A stretch of DNA of 64,000 bases, from NCBI GenBank assembly GCA_013265495.1, contig MU059756.1:18070295-18134294 (forward strand), in the 5' to 3' direction. The DNA comes from Vicugna vicugna (lineage: Eukaryota). Below, piece after piece: positions 27,639 to 39,230 of the stretch. Under the pieces are notes generated by a model. It made no database searches and was not told the DNA's origin. It saw nothing but the letters and a program-made list of their open reading frames with translations. Each line of letters starts with the position of its first letter. Position 1 is the first letter of the stretch. The position numbers and the translations under genes were made by a program.

Positions 27639-27909
27639 CTGGGTTTTTCTTTGCTGTGCACAAAACGCACTTTTTTCTCCTTCACATCTTTCCAGCTAAA
27701 GTGAGCAGCCTTGTCGAGCTGAACCTCTTTTCCATTCCTTGAGAGCACAAGCTGACCACTAGTGGGAGTGCTGACCACATGGAACAGGAGGTCTTCGACC
27801 CTGCCATCCTTGTCTTGGACATTCAGGAGGAAAAAATCCAGCGGTTTCATTGAACCAATGGCAAGGGTGAGGGAACCATTCACATGAAGACTAGGAGTGT
27901 GTATTTTGC
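27639..27909 (-). CDS. FRAS1: FRAS1 exon ~27, start of CSPG region (G)KIHTPSLHVNGSLTLAIGSMKPLDFFLLNVQDKDGRVEDLLFHVVSTPTSGQLVLSRNGKEVQLDKAAHFSWKDVKEKKVRFVHSKEKP(R)
   Basis: Acceptor atttccag|GC, donor CCAG|gtgacg; 271 nt, phase 1-2. Overlaps ORF 27635..27883. Confidence 0.95.
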
Positions 27910-28093
27910 CTGGAAATCACACGAATCAAAGGTCAGGCTTGGTACAGTCACTAGTTAGATTATTATTTTTTAAAGAAATAGACCTGTAACGTTCATTCTG
28001 AGCTACAAAGATGAAACTCTAGGCTACTGTACACCATTAGCCTCCTTCTGATCTAGTGGTTCTCACCCTGGATACATATGAGAATAACATAAG

Positions 28094-29223
28094 GTCNNNN
28101 NNNNNNNNNNNNNNNNNNNNNNNNNNNNNNNNNNNNNNNNNNNNNNNNNNNNNNNNNNNNNNNNNNNNNNNNNNNNNNNNNNNNNNNNNNNNNNNNNNNN
28201 NNNNNNNNNNNNNNNNNNNNNNNNNNNNNNNNNNNNNNNNNAAAACCTTTATGCTTCCAGCAAGAAAGTGAAAGACAATCTACAGAATAGGAGAAAATAT
28301 TTGCAAATTATGTATCTGATAAGGGACTTGTCCCCCTTTTGTATCTAGAAAATAACAAGAATTCTTACAACTCATTAAATGATAAATAACCTANNNNNNN
28401 NNNNNNNNNNNNNNNNNNNNNNNNNNNNNNNNNNNNNNNNNNNNNNNNNNNNNNNNNNNNNNNNNNNNNNNNNNNNNNNNNNNNNNNNNNNNNNNNNNNN
28501 NNNNNNNNNNNNNNNNNNNNNNNNNNNNNNAATCCCCACTAGGAGGAACAATAAAACATGTTCCTGAGGGGGTGGAGAAACTAGAAATCTCATATACTGC
28601 TGGTGGGAATGTAAAGTGGTGCAGCTGCTTGGGAGACAGGCTAGTAGGTNNNNNNNNNNNNNNNNNNNNNNNNNNNNNNNNNNNNNNNNNNNNNNNNNNN
28701 NNNNNNNNNNNNNNNNNNNNNNNNNNNNNNNNNNNNNNNNNNNNNNNNNNNNNNNNNNNNNNNNNNNNNNNNNNNNNNNATCCAAAAGTGGAAACAATCA
28801 AAATGTCCATCAATTGATGAGTGAATAAACAAAACGTGGTACATCCATACAATGGAATATTATTCAACCATAGCAAGAAATGATGTACTGATACATGCTC
28901 TAACATGAAAGAACCTTGAAAATACTGTGCCAAGTGAAAGCAGCCAGGCATTAAATGAATGATATCATTTATGTGAAATATCTAGAGGAGGAAAATCCAT
29001 AGAGACAGAGAGTAGGTCAGGGGTTGCCAGGGGCTAAGACAACGCGGCAGTGGGGAGAGACTACTAATGGTTACTGGATTTCTTTTTAGGGTGATTAAAA
29101 TGACCTGGAATTAGATAATGATAATAGTTTCACAATGCTGTGCATATACTAAAAACCCACTGTATAATTTCAAGGGTGAATTCTATGGTATGTGGATTGT
29201 ATCTCAGAAACAGTAACAATAAG
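28094..29223 (+). mobile_element. L1MB-type 3' element (three N-runs) inserted in a MER5 element
   Basis: L1 3' text ('gaaagacaatctacagaataggagaaaatatttgcaaat', 'caagggtgaattctatggtatgtggattgtatctca'). Flanked by a 12-bp near-duplicate gaataacataag/gaatcacatagg. MER5 halves at 28054-28093 and 29224-29367. Confidence 0.85.
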
Positions 29224-30609
29224 GAATCACATAGGGATCTTCTAAAACAATACAGATACTTAGGCTCCACCACCAGAGATTCCAACTTAAATGTTCCAGG
29301 ATGAGCCTTGGTGATTTTGCAAGCTCCCCAGGTAATCCTAAAGGGTTGCCACCTCTGAGAACCACAGTCCTATCCTAATACACCTGTCATATCTGACCAT
29401 CAGACCCACCAAGAGACAAGTGTCTGGTGTCATTTGCAGGGACAGCCCCAGTAAATCTACAATGAAGTAGGATTATCAGTGGTTTATATTCAGACTTCAT
29501 GTGAAATATTTACAATCTGTTTTAAAATTTTACCATCTCTGTCCATAGGAAGCATCTGATGGATGAATCAGGATTTCTGACCTTGATGTGGAATTTATCT
29601 TGTCTCCTGCAAGTTGGTTTGCCTGAACTTTAATTGGTAGCACTTCCTTTACAAGTAGGTCAGACAGGGCAGTTCAGGGATGCCAAGTCGCAGGCTAACT
29701 ACTTCTAATGTAAGATTACACTAATGAAACTCAAATTCATTCTTGCAAGTTGACTTTCATTATGTCCCAAGAGGAGTAAGTTGACTCTCAGTACTTGGGC
29801 TTTCCAGGAGGATCCCAACGAAATAAGCCAAAGATTTTTTTTTTCCCCATGGGAAATCTTAATATCATTAAAGGTCAGAAATAGAGAGATGAAAAATATG
29901 AGTGACTGCAGGTGATAAAATATGATCCGTGTTATTGATGAAGGACACCCCAAAGCCAAGGAATGCTCGGCTATAATATAACTCCCAATCTTCATTCACC
30001 TATACAAGTTTTGGCTTCAAAATTAAGCCTGCATTTAAATTTGCTTTTCTTTGTTGTTTAAGGTAAAGGGTCCAGAGAAGACTAGCTCCATTCCTTAACG
30101 TCTTACCTAATTCTTAATGGCAAACAGAGTGGCTTGAAATCCATTCAGTTTAAATGTGAGGACCTAATGGGGTAGGCTACTCTCTATTCATTAATTATTT
30201 ACCATTAATCTCAAGTGTGTGCACAAAGGATGAACCACTGTACCCTGGCATGATTAGCTCTGTATGTTTATATAAATACAATGCTATATCTGTAAGAATA
30301 TATATAACTTTCTATAACATGACTGTAATTCAGGAATATAACTAAATTTTATGCCAAATCTTTGATGTGATAGTTGTGACTTTTAAAGCACACATTGCTT
30401 CTTTTTCTCTTTCAGAGATCTTAGAATTTGAATTTTCCCAACTTTCCATGTTCTAGAAACAGTTCCTTATTCCATAGCAGCACCAGGCGTATTCACAGAA
30501 TGGGAATCCTGCATTTTGCATCATGTGAGCCAGTTGTATCTGGAAACCCAGCCGCTGCCTGGAGAAATTACAGGTGAATTCACTGGACCATTGGAGGAGA
30601 AGCACTTAC

Positions 30610-30750
30610 CAGCACATGTTTCATTAGAGGAGTGGGTAGAGAAGCCAGGAACACAGTTGGCAACACAAAGGCCGCTCTTCAGAAAGAACCCCTGGTCACA
30701 CAGGTGACACCGGTCTCTGTGGCTGCACTGCAAGCACCCCTGAGGGCAGG
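30610..30750 (-). CDS. FRAS1: FRAS1 exon ~26, last FU repeat (A)CPQGCLQCSHRDRCHLCDQGFFLKSGLCVANCVPGFSTHSSNETCA
   Basis: Acceptor ttcaacag|CC, donor GCTG|gtaagt; 141 nt, phase 1-1, 8 Cys, N-E-T sequon. Confidence 0.95.
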
Positions 30751-32286
30751 CTGTTGAAGAGAGGACACACTAAATGAGGCAGGACAAAGGCACAGGCACC
30801 CAGCGAGGGCTACCAGTGATAGAGAAATGATGAGTGAGAGCACAAGCAGCATGGGGTCCCCAGCTGTAGCAGAAGAGAATTCCAACAGTTCCCATGGAAC
30901 TTCAGAGACACCTGGTCTACCCTAGAAAGGACAGTGGGAAGGGAGGAGCACCCTTGCTTTACACACCATGACCTGAAAATGTTGCACAGAAACAGATTGC
31001 TTAAAAAGTTAACCATAGTGACTTGTCAGAGAGGTAGTTTATAGGGATTAAGAGCATAAACTCTTTCTGGGTACTGTTCCTCTTCTACCATTTACCGGCT
31101 GTTGAATTTGGGCAAGTTCTTTAAACAGTCTGCGGTACAATTTCTTATCTTAAAAATGGGGATAGTAATAGCACCTAATACCAATGATTGCTGGTTGGAC
31201 TGTGAGCTATTAATGATACAAAGTGACTAGAACAGTATTGGGTTCAACAGAAAGGACTCAAGTGTACTCCTACCATCACTGCTATTCTGAGATTATTTTT
31301 ACTATTATTATTTTAAATGCACGAGGAGAGCAAGCTATTTTAAGGACCATAGATAATTTCTTTGGATCAAGTTAACAACCTTCTACAAATCAAGTGTTTA
31401 CTGCCTAATTATTCTGCTTTCTCAGTTGAGATTTTGTTATAGAGAGGGGGCATAGGATAGCTTAACGGGCCCTGAATTCGCCCTTTAAACTATTCTGGTT
31501 CCTGAATTAGAATCAGAAAGTTTGAGATCAGTACCTGACTTTATGTTGCCCTGGTTATACTCTTCTGCCTCTTTTTTTTTTTTTCCACTTGTGAAACAGG
31601 ATTCGTAGTGTTTGCCATACTTTACCAAGTCATTGTGAATATTAAATGAGATAATGCAGATGAAGGAAATTTGGGGAAACGTAAAATGCCACACCTGGGT
31701 AATGGCATATGATTAAATGTCCAGTATTCTTGAAAGTGGGACACACAGTACCAGGTTTTGATAAAAACGATGAGAACAAACCAAGGAACTCTTGAGAATA
31801 ACTCAGTGGACAAGGAGATTAAGACTTTGGGTTTAACTTTAGTTTCATAATAAAGCTCAACACGTCTCACTAAACTGCCCCCAGAAATCCGACACCTCAA
31901 GGACGTAACGTGGTATCAGGGTCACTGGTAATTTAGTGGATGCACTGAACACCCTGGCCCCGTATCAGTAGGGCTGACCTCTCTCAATGGATCCCTCACC
32001 TTAGTTCAACGTAAGCTCTGCACCCCATGAAATATTGGCTTTATTTCCATATAGACTTCTAGGGACAGTATTGACTTGTGCAAGAGAATTGTTAGCCGGC
32101 ATTCCTGTGTTCTATTTAGTCAGCAATTGGCAGATGTGCACAAGAAGCCACCAGTTACTTAGGCCAAACTTCCAGGTTTCCTTTCTGCCCTTAATTCAGA
32201 CTCTCCTCGGTTACCTGAGAATCAGCACACCTGACTTACTCGTTGGCCTCATTTCTTTCCAGAACTCAGCACAGTGTCCAAGTTAC

Positions 32287-32427
32287 CTGCGCATCTGCGA
32301 TTTGCATGATCTGCAAAGTACCCCTTCCCACAGTCCTGGACACACTGGGCTTCCAAGAGGAGAAATGGCTCTTCACAGCGGGTGCACTCATGGGGACCTT
32401 GGCACTGGAGACAGTGTCTGGCACAGC
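32287..32427 (-). CDS. FRAS1: FRAS1 exon ~25, FU repeat (S)CARHCLQCQGPHECTRCEEPFLLLEAQCVQDCGKGYFADHANRRCA
   Basis: Acceptor tcttccag|GC, donor GCAG|gtaact; 141 nt, phase 1-1, 8 Cys. Confidence 0.95.
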
Positions 32428-33292
32428 CTGGAAGACAGAAGTCAAGTCAACAGGAATGGGTACAGCTTTCCAAGGGGCTCTGGGCCCTCGTGGTGACGCA
32501 ACTTAACCTGGTGCGCTGGGCAAAGCCGCAGACGGGGAGCTGGGGAGCCAGGCTTCCGGCTGTGACTGCTGCGCTTACCAGCTGGGTGACTGAGGACCAG
32601 CCACTCCACTTCTCTGAGCCTCAGTGTTGTCTCCCAGAAAAGGGGAGTGGACACACTGCCCCTATAAACTGATAGATATCAACCATTATCATATTATTAA
32701 TGAGTCCTTGGCCCTCTGCACTGTTTCACTGAAGTGTCAATCATCTTTCCTCACTCACCCGGTGAGTTATCAGAGCATTACCCAAGGATGCTCCCAGGAT
32801 GCTGCCTATGTACTTTGTTTGGGTGGTCACTTCGGGGTGTGAAGACGTGGTGGCGTTAAACTGAGGCTGGAGGGGGTACTGGGTCAGAGAGAGGCAATGG
32901 TTAGATGTATGGTACTTGGAGGGTCGTGAGAGGCAGATGATGGAATAATACGGTCTTTCCTTGTGCTCACATGACTGGAGAATACAGACCTCTCTACCTG
33001 CAGCACAGGACTGTTCCATTTTTACAGAAATTCAAAACTTAATGGTCAAAACATACCTATTTGTGTGGCCATATACCCCCAAGATTCCCATTTGTATCAA
33101 ATGTTGTATTTGGGCACAGGAGAAGCAAAGAGGGGATGTTTTCATTATAGCAAAGAAAAGCTCTCAGGGAAGAAATCAGAAATTGGATAAAAAACCAGAA
33201 GGGAAACTTGCCACAGGCTCCTTCTCAGAACAGTAGAAATCAGAGGAGGTGGAAGCCTCAGTGAGCACAGAGCAAGGGCCCCAGACACTTAC

Positions 33293-33433
33293 TCTTGCAG
33301 AGACCCCGGTCCCGGTAAAATGCTGGTGAGCACTGCTCCACGCAGGCTCCGTCCTGGAGGACGTAGCCGTCCATGCACTGCAGGCAGTCCGTCCTCAGGG
33401 GCCCGCTGCACGCATTGCAACTCCAATCACACT
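33293..33433 (-). CDS. FRAS1: FRAS1 exon ~24, FU repeat (E)CDWSCNACSGPLRTDCLQCMDGYVLQDGACVEQCSPAFYRDRGLCK
   Basis: Acceptor tttctag|AG, donor AAGA|gtaagt; 141 nt, phase 1-1, 8 Cys. Confidence 0.95.
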
Positions 33434-34384
33434 CTAGAAAGAAAATTCCTTAGATCAGCTTCCCTCCTGTCCAGTCTCTGTTCCAGAGACTAATTTATGA
33501 GGACACTGTCTGCAGCTGCACGGGGTAAAGTGAGGACAACATAAGAGATGTCAGATAAGTGAGCTCTGACGAGGCTCTGCATGTAGCAGCCTGAACGCCT
33601 CTCTGAGGCTGTTTCCTCGTTATGCTAGACACGGGCGTGTACGAGGATCGCTCCCGGCTTGTGCAAAGCCTGCCTATCAGAGGGGCTGCTGAGGGGCCAG
33701 ATCTACTTGATCTTATCCCGTCTGGGCCCCAGGGCTCTCTACCCCGAGCTACAGCATCTTCATGCAAAGCCTGCTCTAGGGAGTGGCCGATTCGCCTCCA
33801 CAAACCTAATCCAACCTCCTCCAAATGTCAATAGGTAAAGGATGTCAGAGACTCAACTAAGGATGCATCTGCTCTCTCCACTGACTTCAGGCATGTGACT
33901 CTCTTCTCCAAACTCAGATGTTGACCAACACAACAGAAAGAACCAATGACGTTAGAATTGAATGGGGCAGAAAAGAACTGTCCGGAAAGAAAAGGATTCC
34001 TGCTCACTTCGAGTAGAGCTGATGCCTTCACATGTTCGTTCACTCAGCAAGCACCGATGAGATGTACAGCCCTGACCCAGGTTCTCATGTGGTGGGTGGG
34101 GACCCCGCCCTCAAGGAGCTAGCGGGTCCCAGCCTTAGATGTGCACCCAAATAACCCAGGGGCATGTTAGAAACACAGATGGCCAGGTTCGGGCTCAGAA
34201 CCACCGAGCCCGTCTCGGGGAGCGAGGTGGCGCAGGAGACACGCTGTGATTATCAGAGCTGTGGGTGCTGTTGTTTTCATGACCTGGGCAATTCGGATGC
34301 AGTCACGAGACACATGTTTGAAAGGCAAAGTTCCAGCTGGTAAGGGAAGTCCTTCGTGCACTGGGAGATGTAACAAGGCACCAG

Positions 34385-34625
34385 GACTAAGTATTTGGGT
34401 TTTGAAGTCAGTTAAATTTGTATTCAAGCCATGGTTTTGTCACTTTTTATCTGCATGTCCTACAGACCTTCCTGAAACTTTTTGAGCCTCAGTTTCCTTA
34501 TCTGTAGAACAAGGATAAGAGTCACACCTATTTCATAAGGCTATTGTGAAGATTGAATGAAATCATGAATTTAAAGAACTCAGCACAGTGCCTGACACAA
34601 AGTAGTTGAATAAATGTTTGCTGCT
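34385..34625 (+). mobile_element. MIR SINE
   Basis: 'ttttgagcctcagtttccttatctgtagaacaaggataagagtcacacctatttcataaggctattgtgaagattgaatga...cagcacagtgcctgacaca'. Confidence 0.8.
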
Positions 34626-35869
34626 GACAGGTTTCCTTGGAGAAGTATCTCCTCTCGGTGCTGCCTTGCCCCACCTTCCCTCTCCGCCAAGAAGCTGGGG
34701 GAAATCTCTCATCAGTCACCTTTCTCTCTACCTTGATTCAGTATTTCCAAGTCCCAAAGAAGCAGGTAAATATGCAGGACAGTACATGTGCTTCCAAAAA
34801 GACTTACGAAGTTAAGCTCACTCATTTACATGACTGAATCGGTCCTGAGGGAAAATGACTAAAACAGAGTCTTGAAAACTGCCAGCATAGTTGTGAAATC
34901 ATTTACAACAGGGAGGATTTGTGGTACTCTTCTTTTTCACCACAGACTGACGGCCCCTGGTTAGAAGGGGAAAAAATTGTAAGAGTTCTGTGGTCCTGAG
35001 TGCAGCAGACCACCTCGGCTCACAACAAAGGAGAATTTCTTGGAATGGAAAGTATGCAATTTTGCGAAACCTTAAAGCATACCAAGTTGACTTGACTGAT
35101 GTCTGACCTCTATCTGAGCCCCAGCTTCTCTGGCAGACCCGAGAGGCAGGGAGAAATGCAGAATGGAGGAACGGAGAAGGGAAATGGAACAGGAGCAAGG
35201 AAACTTCATCCTTTAATTCTCTTCTTCTCCTGACTGAGCACTGCCATTCGAAGAGCATAAGCTCCAAGAATTCTAACCCCTGGAGAACAAGGGAAAAGGC
35301 ACTCTGTTTTTGACATTGCCTCCTTATAAACTCCTGGAGGACGGGGACTGTGTCTTCACTCATTTAAGTATGTTCAGCAGAGATGTGAACAAATCAGACA
35401 CAAGTCCTGTCTGCTAAGCTTGGGGTCTGGCTATATACAGTTGTAAATGCAGATGCCTACGTGGCCCAGGAAGGCCATGCTGATCTTCAAAACAGGCTGG
35501 ATGTGATAGGACAGGGAACGGTGGGGACGGCGGCAACCCGAGGAGATCAGGCTTCCACCCAAGGAGACGATGGCTATTCCTACTCCTGCACTGAGTGAAT
35601 GCGAATTCAAGACTGCCAGACCTTCTGGCTTTGTCAAAAGACATGGGAAGTCTCATTTTTTGTATGTGAAGTCTTCTGATTTTTAAAAGGAAAAGAATTA
35701 AAGATTTTCAAACATTGGAACATTCAGTGGACCAAAAAAAAACCAACCCATGCTTTGGGACCAAATACAACTTGAGAGTTTCCAGTCTGCCACCTCTGGT
35801 CTGCTGGCACAATATCTAGAACATGGTAGGTACTCAAAAATATTTGCTTAATAAATAAATGAATGAATG

Positions 35870-35916
35870 AATACATACATACATACATATATACATACAT
35901 ACATACATACATACAT
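35870..35916. repeat. (ACAT)n tetranucleotide microsatellite, about 11 units with one interruption, attached to an L2 3' tail
   Basis: Directly follows 'gtaggtactcaaaaatatttgcttaataaataaatgaatgaatga'. Confidence 0.9.
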
Positions 35917-36051
35917 AATGATGTCTTGCTATCATCAGAAGAAGTCTAAACATCTGATAACAGTATCTTCCCAATGTGGGACAGTGGACATCTCCAGGAA
36001 AGGGGTATTGCCCAGGATAAAAGTCATTGTGCAATTCTGGAAGAGCTTTAC

Positions 36052-36198
36052 CTTTGCATGTCTTGGTGGAGAAGTCAAGATAGTACTGTGGGGCACAGCT
36101 CTCATGCTGACAGTCCCCAAAGAGCAGGACCTTGTTTGGATCTCGGCAGGAGGTACAGCTGGCCTGTGAATCACAGCTTCCACAATGTGCATTGCACG
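36052..36198 (-). CDS. FRAS1: FRAS1 exon ~23, FU repeat (P)CNAHCGSCDSQASCTSCRDPNKVLLFGDCQHESCAPQYYLDFSTKTCK
   Basis: Acceptor tgctcag|CG, donor AAAG|gtaaag; 147 nt, phase 1-1, 8 Cys. Confidence 0.95.
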
Positions 36199-36629
36199 CT
36201 GAGCAGATAGGAAAAGTAAATGACCAGATGATTACAGTTGCAAATACTGAAGCACCATCAAACCGAGACAGATGCTGTGAAGGCAGAGAGCCGCCTCCAA
36301 CCTGTTCTTTAATCACGCCTCAGAACCCTCAACAGAATTTATACGCATTCCAAGATCTCTGGAATAACAGTCCAAAGTTTCACTGAAACCTTGCTTTGTA
36401 AGGAATCAAGCCTCCTATATAGTTCATGAGGTAGAGCTGGAATTTTGTGGGATGCCAAGATTAAAATTAGGCATCGACTTACTCTGGAATTCAGGAAATC
36501 TCATATTTTAAGATACAAAAGACCTTAAAGTGGCCCAGCTTACTGAACTACCCAGCTGTAATTCTTAGAGCCACTTAATCCAGGCATTCAGGGATGATTG
36601 CCGAGTCTGGTCATGCCTCTGTCTTCCCT

Positions 36630-37370
36630 AACTTAACTAGCATTTCTCCATCTACTCAGCTGTTCATGATAGAAACTTTAGAGTCTATCTTGACACCTCC
36701 CTTTCTCTCACTCCTAATCCAATCACTCACTGGATCTTATTAATTTATTTAATTCTCAGAACTTTCAGCTTTTCTCCACATCCACAAATGCCAATACATC
36801 CAAGCCATCATCATCTCCTACTGGACCACTAGCACAGCCTCCTAAATGGTCTGACTCCCTTGCTTTCTATTTTCCATGTATCCATTAGAGTGAGTTTTTT
36901 TTTATCCATTCTGCTCAAGTTTCAGAGGATACTTTGATCTATGAATTCATATTTTTCTTCAGTCCTAGAAAAATTCTAGCCATCATTCCTGCAAATACTC
37001 CTCCTCCACCATTCCTTCCATTCTTTTCACCTATAAATCATAATGCATACATTCAAACTCTCTCAATATAATCTCCCAATCTTTTCTCTTTCACTCTTAC
37101 TCATGCTTCAGCCTCCTCTTCAAGAAGCCCTTGCCTGACTCTCTGGTCTAGAACAGGTCTCCCAGGCAGTGCTCTGACAGCACCCCAGACCTTCCATTCA
37201 CGCCATATGTAACAGTGTTCATTTCAGCGATGATTTAACATCTTATCCTTTAAAGCTGTAAGCTTTCCGAAGGCAAAGACCAAGTTTATTTTGGTCCTTG
37301 CCATGGTCCCCAGCACCTCGCTGGTTATCTGTAATTTTGTAGGTGTTCAATAAACACTTGCCACATAAAT
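36630..37370. mobile_element. L2 LINE fragments (with an intervening old L1-like piece at about 36900-37100)
   Basis: 'cttgacacctccctttctctcactcctaatccaatca', 'ccatcatcatctcctactggaccactagcacagcctcctaaatggtct', and tail 'taggtgttcaataaacacttg'. Confidence 0.65.
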
Positions 37371-37619
37371 GGAAGAAGCCGGATACTGTAATTGTACATG
37401 AGCACGAGCGTCTCGGCCTCATTCGGAACTCCTCCCTCAGCGTGCGTCAGAGGGGAAGCCTAGAAAGGGGTCGCGTGAGTCTTACTTTCACAGGATACCA
37501 AAGTGTGTGGCGCAGTGCAGAAAAGTCACCTCCTTATAAAAGAAAAAGAAACTCCTCATTTCACCTACAAGAAAAGCCACTGGTGTAAGATATTTGTTAG
37601 AATACGTAGACTGGTAATA

Positions 37620-39230
37620 AAAGGTCCTGGGGAAATTCTAGCCTGAATTTTCAAACAGTTGGAGAATAATTAGAAAAGAATACTCTCATTGCTGGAAACT
37701 TATAGGGGACTAAATTTTACCCTTTGTGGGGTAGGATTTCTACACATGTTGTATCTTAATTTTGGCAAAGAGTTTGACAAAAATCCCACAGATAAACTTG
37801 TGAATGTAAAAATGAAGTGGGGTCTAGCAGTTGAAGGTGGATTTGAAGATAGTTGAAATACACACTCAAAACATTGTCAGTAAACCTTTGTAATTGGAAA
37901 GGAAATGTCTTTAGCAGAGTATTATGATGAAGTCTTAATTATTTACTTGATTGGTATTTTTATTAGTGACTTTAATGAAAACAAAGAAATCAGCCTAATG
38001 ATATTTAAATATGCCACATCCACTCATATAGGATACACACATAGTTAAGTTTCACCAGTTGAAAGAAAAACTCACTAAACCAACTGAAGCAATAAACTAA
38101 AAGTAATCAGACGAAACAAAAGCTAAACTGTTCGTAACGTCCTGCATTATGTTCTATAATTAATTGTACAAATAGACGGTACAGTAGACCTGTTTAGACT
38201 TCAGGATCATAAAAACGACCTCAGAATTTTAGTTGATTAAAAGCTTACTAAAAGTTGATATGGTTACTAAAGAAACTGACCCAATCTTAAGCTGAAGAGC
38301 CATAGTGTAATCTCAGTATCAGCTGGACCCTCTGCTGGATGTAGAGCTGAAGACTAACCCCTAGGCTAGTCCCTTGGTTGGGGTGACAGGTTGGTGCCCT
38401 GTCCTGACAACTCAGACTCTTGTGGAGTCTACTCCCCAACCTTCTGTCTGCCTCTGTGTTCTTGAATACTTCTACGAAGTCTTTCATTCCCAAAGCATAA
38501 CTCACCTCCTTCACTGACTCCCGAAAGAAACAGGTTCATGTTGAGCATTTTGAAATGTTAAAAGACTATGTGGGGGATTTGGAGGGAGGCAGGAGTGCCA
38601 CGCTAAGGAGCAGGGGCTTCCATCATTTCTGTTTGAACAATTCCTCTCTTATTGAAGCCCTTAGCTCTCTCCAGGGCAACCCTCAAATGACTACATCTTA
38701 CTCAAAGCAGTTCTGCACACACCAAACCCCTTGGGTTCTCAGCTTCCACCTTCAGAGGAGTGTGGGTGAGGAGCCTTTTCTCCACCCTGCGATATTCAGA
38801 CCACAGAGGTATCAGTCCTATTGCAGTCATGTTGGCGTGACCATGTCTGGAGAACCTGGTGCAGTTCTCTGAGGTCAGTGACCCCAAGGAAAGTGCCAAG
38901 AGGACAGTGAAGAAGGTGGCGAGTGGACCAGAAGGCAGTGAGGGTAGCGGGGATGATCTTTAGCCATCATTCACTGAGGAGGAAGGGACCTCACAGCTTA
39001 CGAAGTCCATGCTCCCTCCTAAATAGGCTTGTTTTCTACAGTCCCTCTGAGAGACGGTTCTCCATTTCTGCTTAAAATACTCCACTGACTCCAGTCCTGC
39101 CTGGAGCAGAGATGTCCGAGTGGGAGAGACAGCTTATTTCAAACCTTTGAAGGTAATCATGTGAAGGAGGGAGGGGACATGCTATCCTGCTCCAGAGGGA
39201 AGTGCTAGGGCTGATGAGAAAGAACCATCA
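37620..39230 (+). mobile_element. Fragmented L3/CR1 LINE fossil (ORF2 RT to 3' region)
   Basis: From 37749 it translates LYLNFGKEFDK (CR1 RT motif YLDFSKAFD). 39095-39225 matches the L3 3' consensus ('ttcaaacctttgaaggtaatcatgtgaaggagg...gctccagaggg'). The middle is interrupted. Confidence 0.65.

Noticed and set aside
30521-30609. 29-aa read-through after the last FU exon as a possible secreted isoform
   Set aside because: No AATAAA close downstream on the minus strand, and the donor (GCTG|gtaagt) is strong.
34190-34235. CGGGCTC/GAGCCCG hairpin and a CTCF-like AGGTGGCGC core
   Set aside because: They lie in a decayed MER5A-like element. The stem is only 7 bp, and the 5' half of the CTCF motif mismatches.
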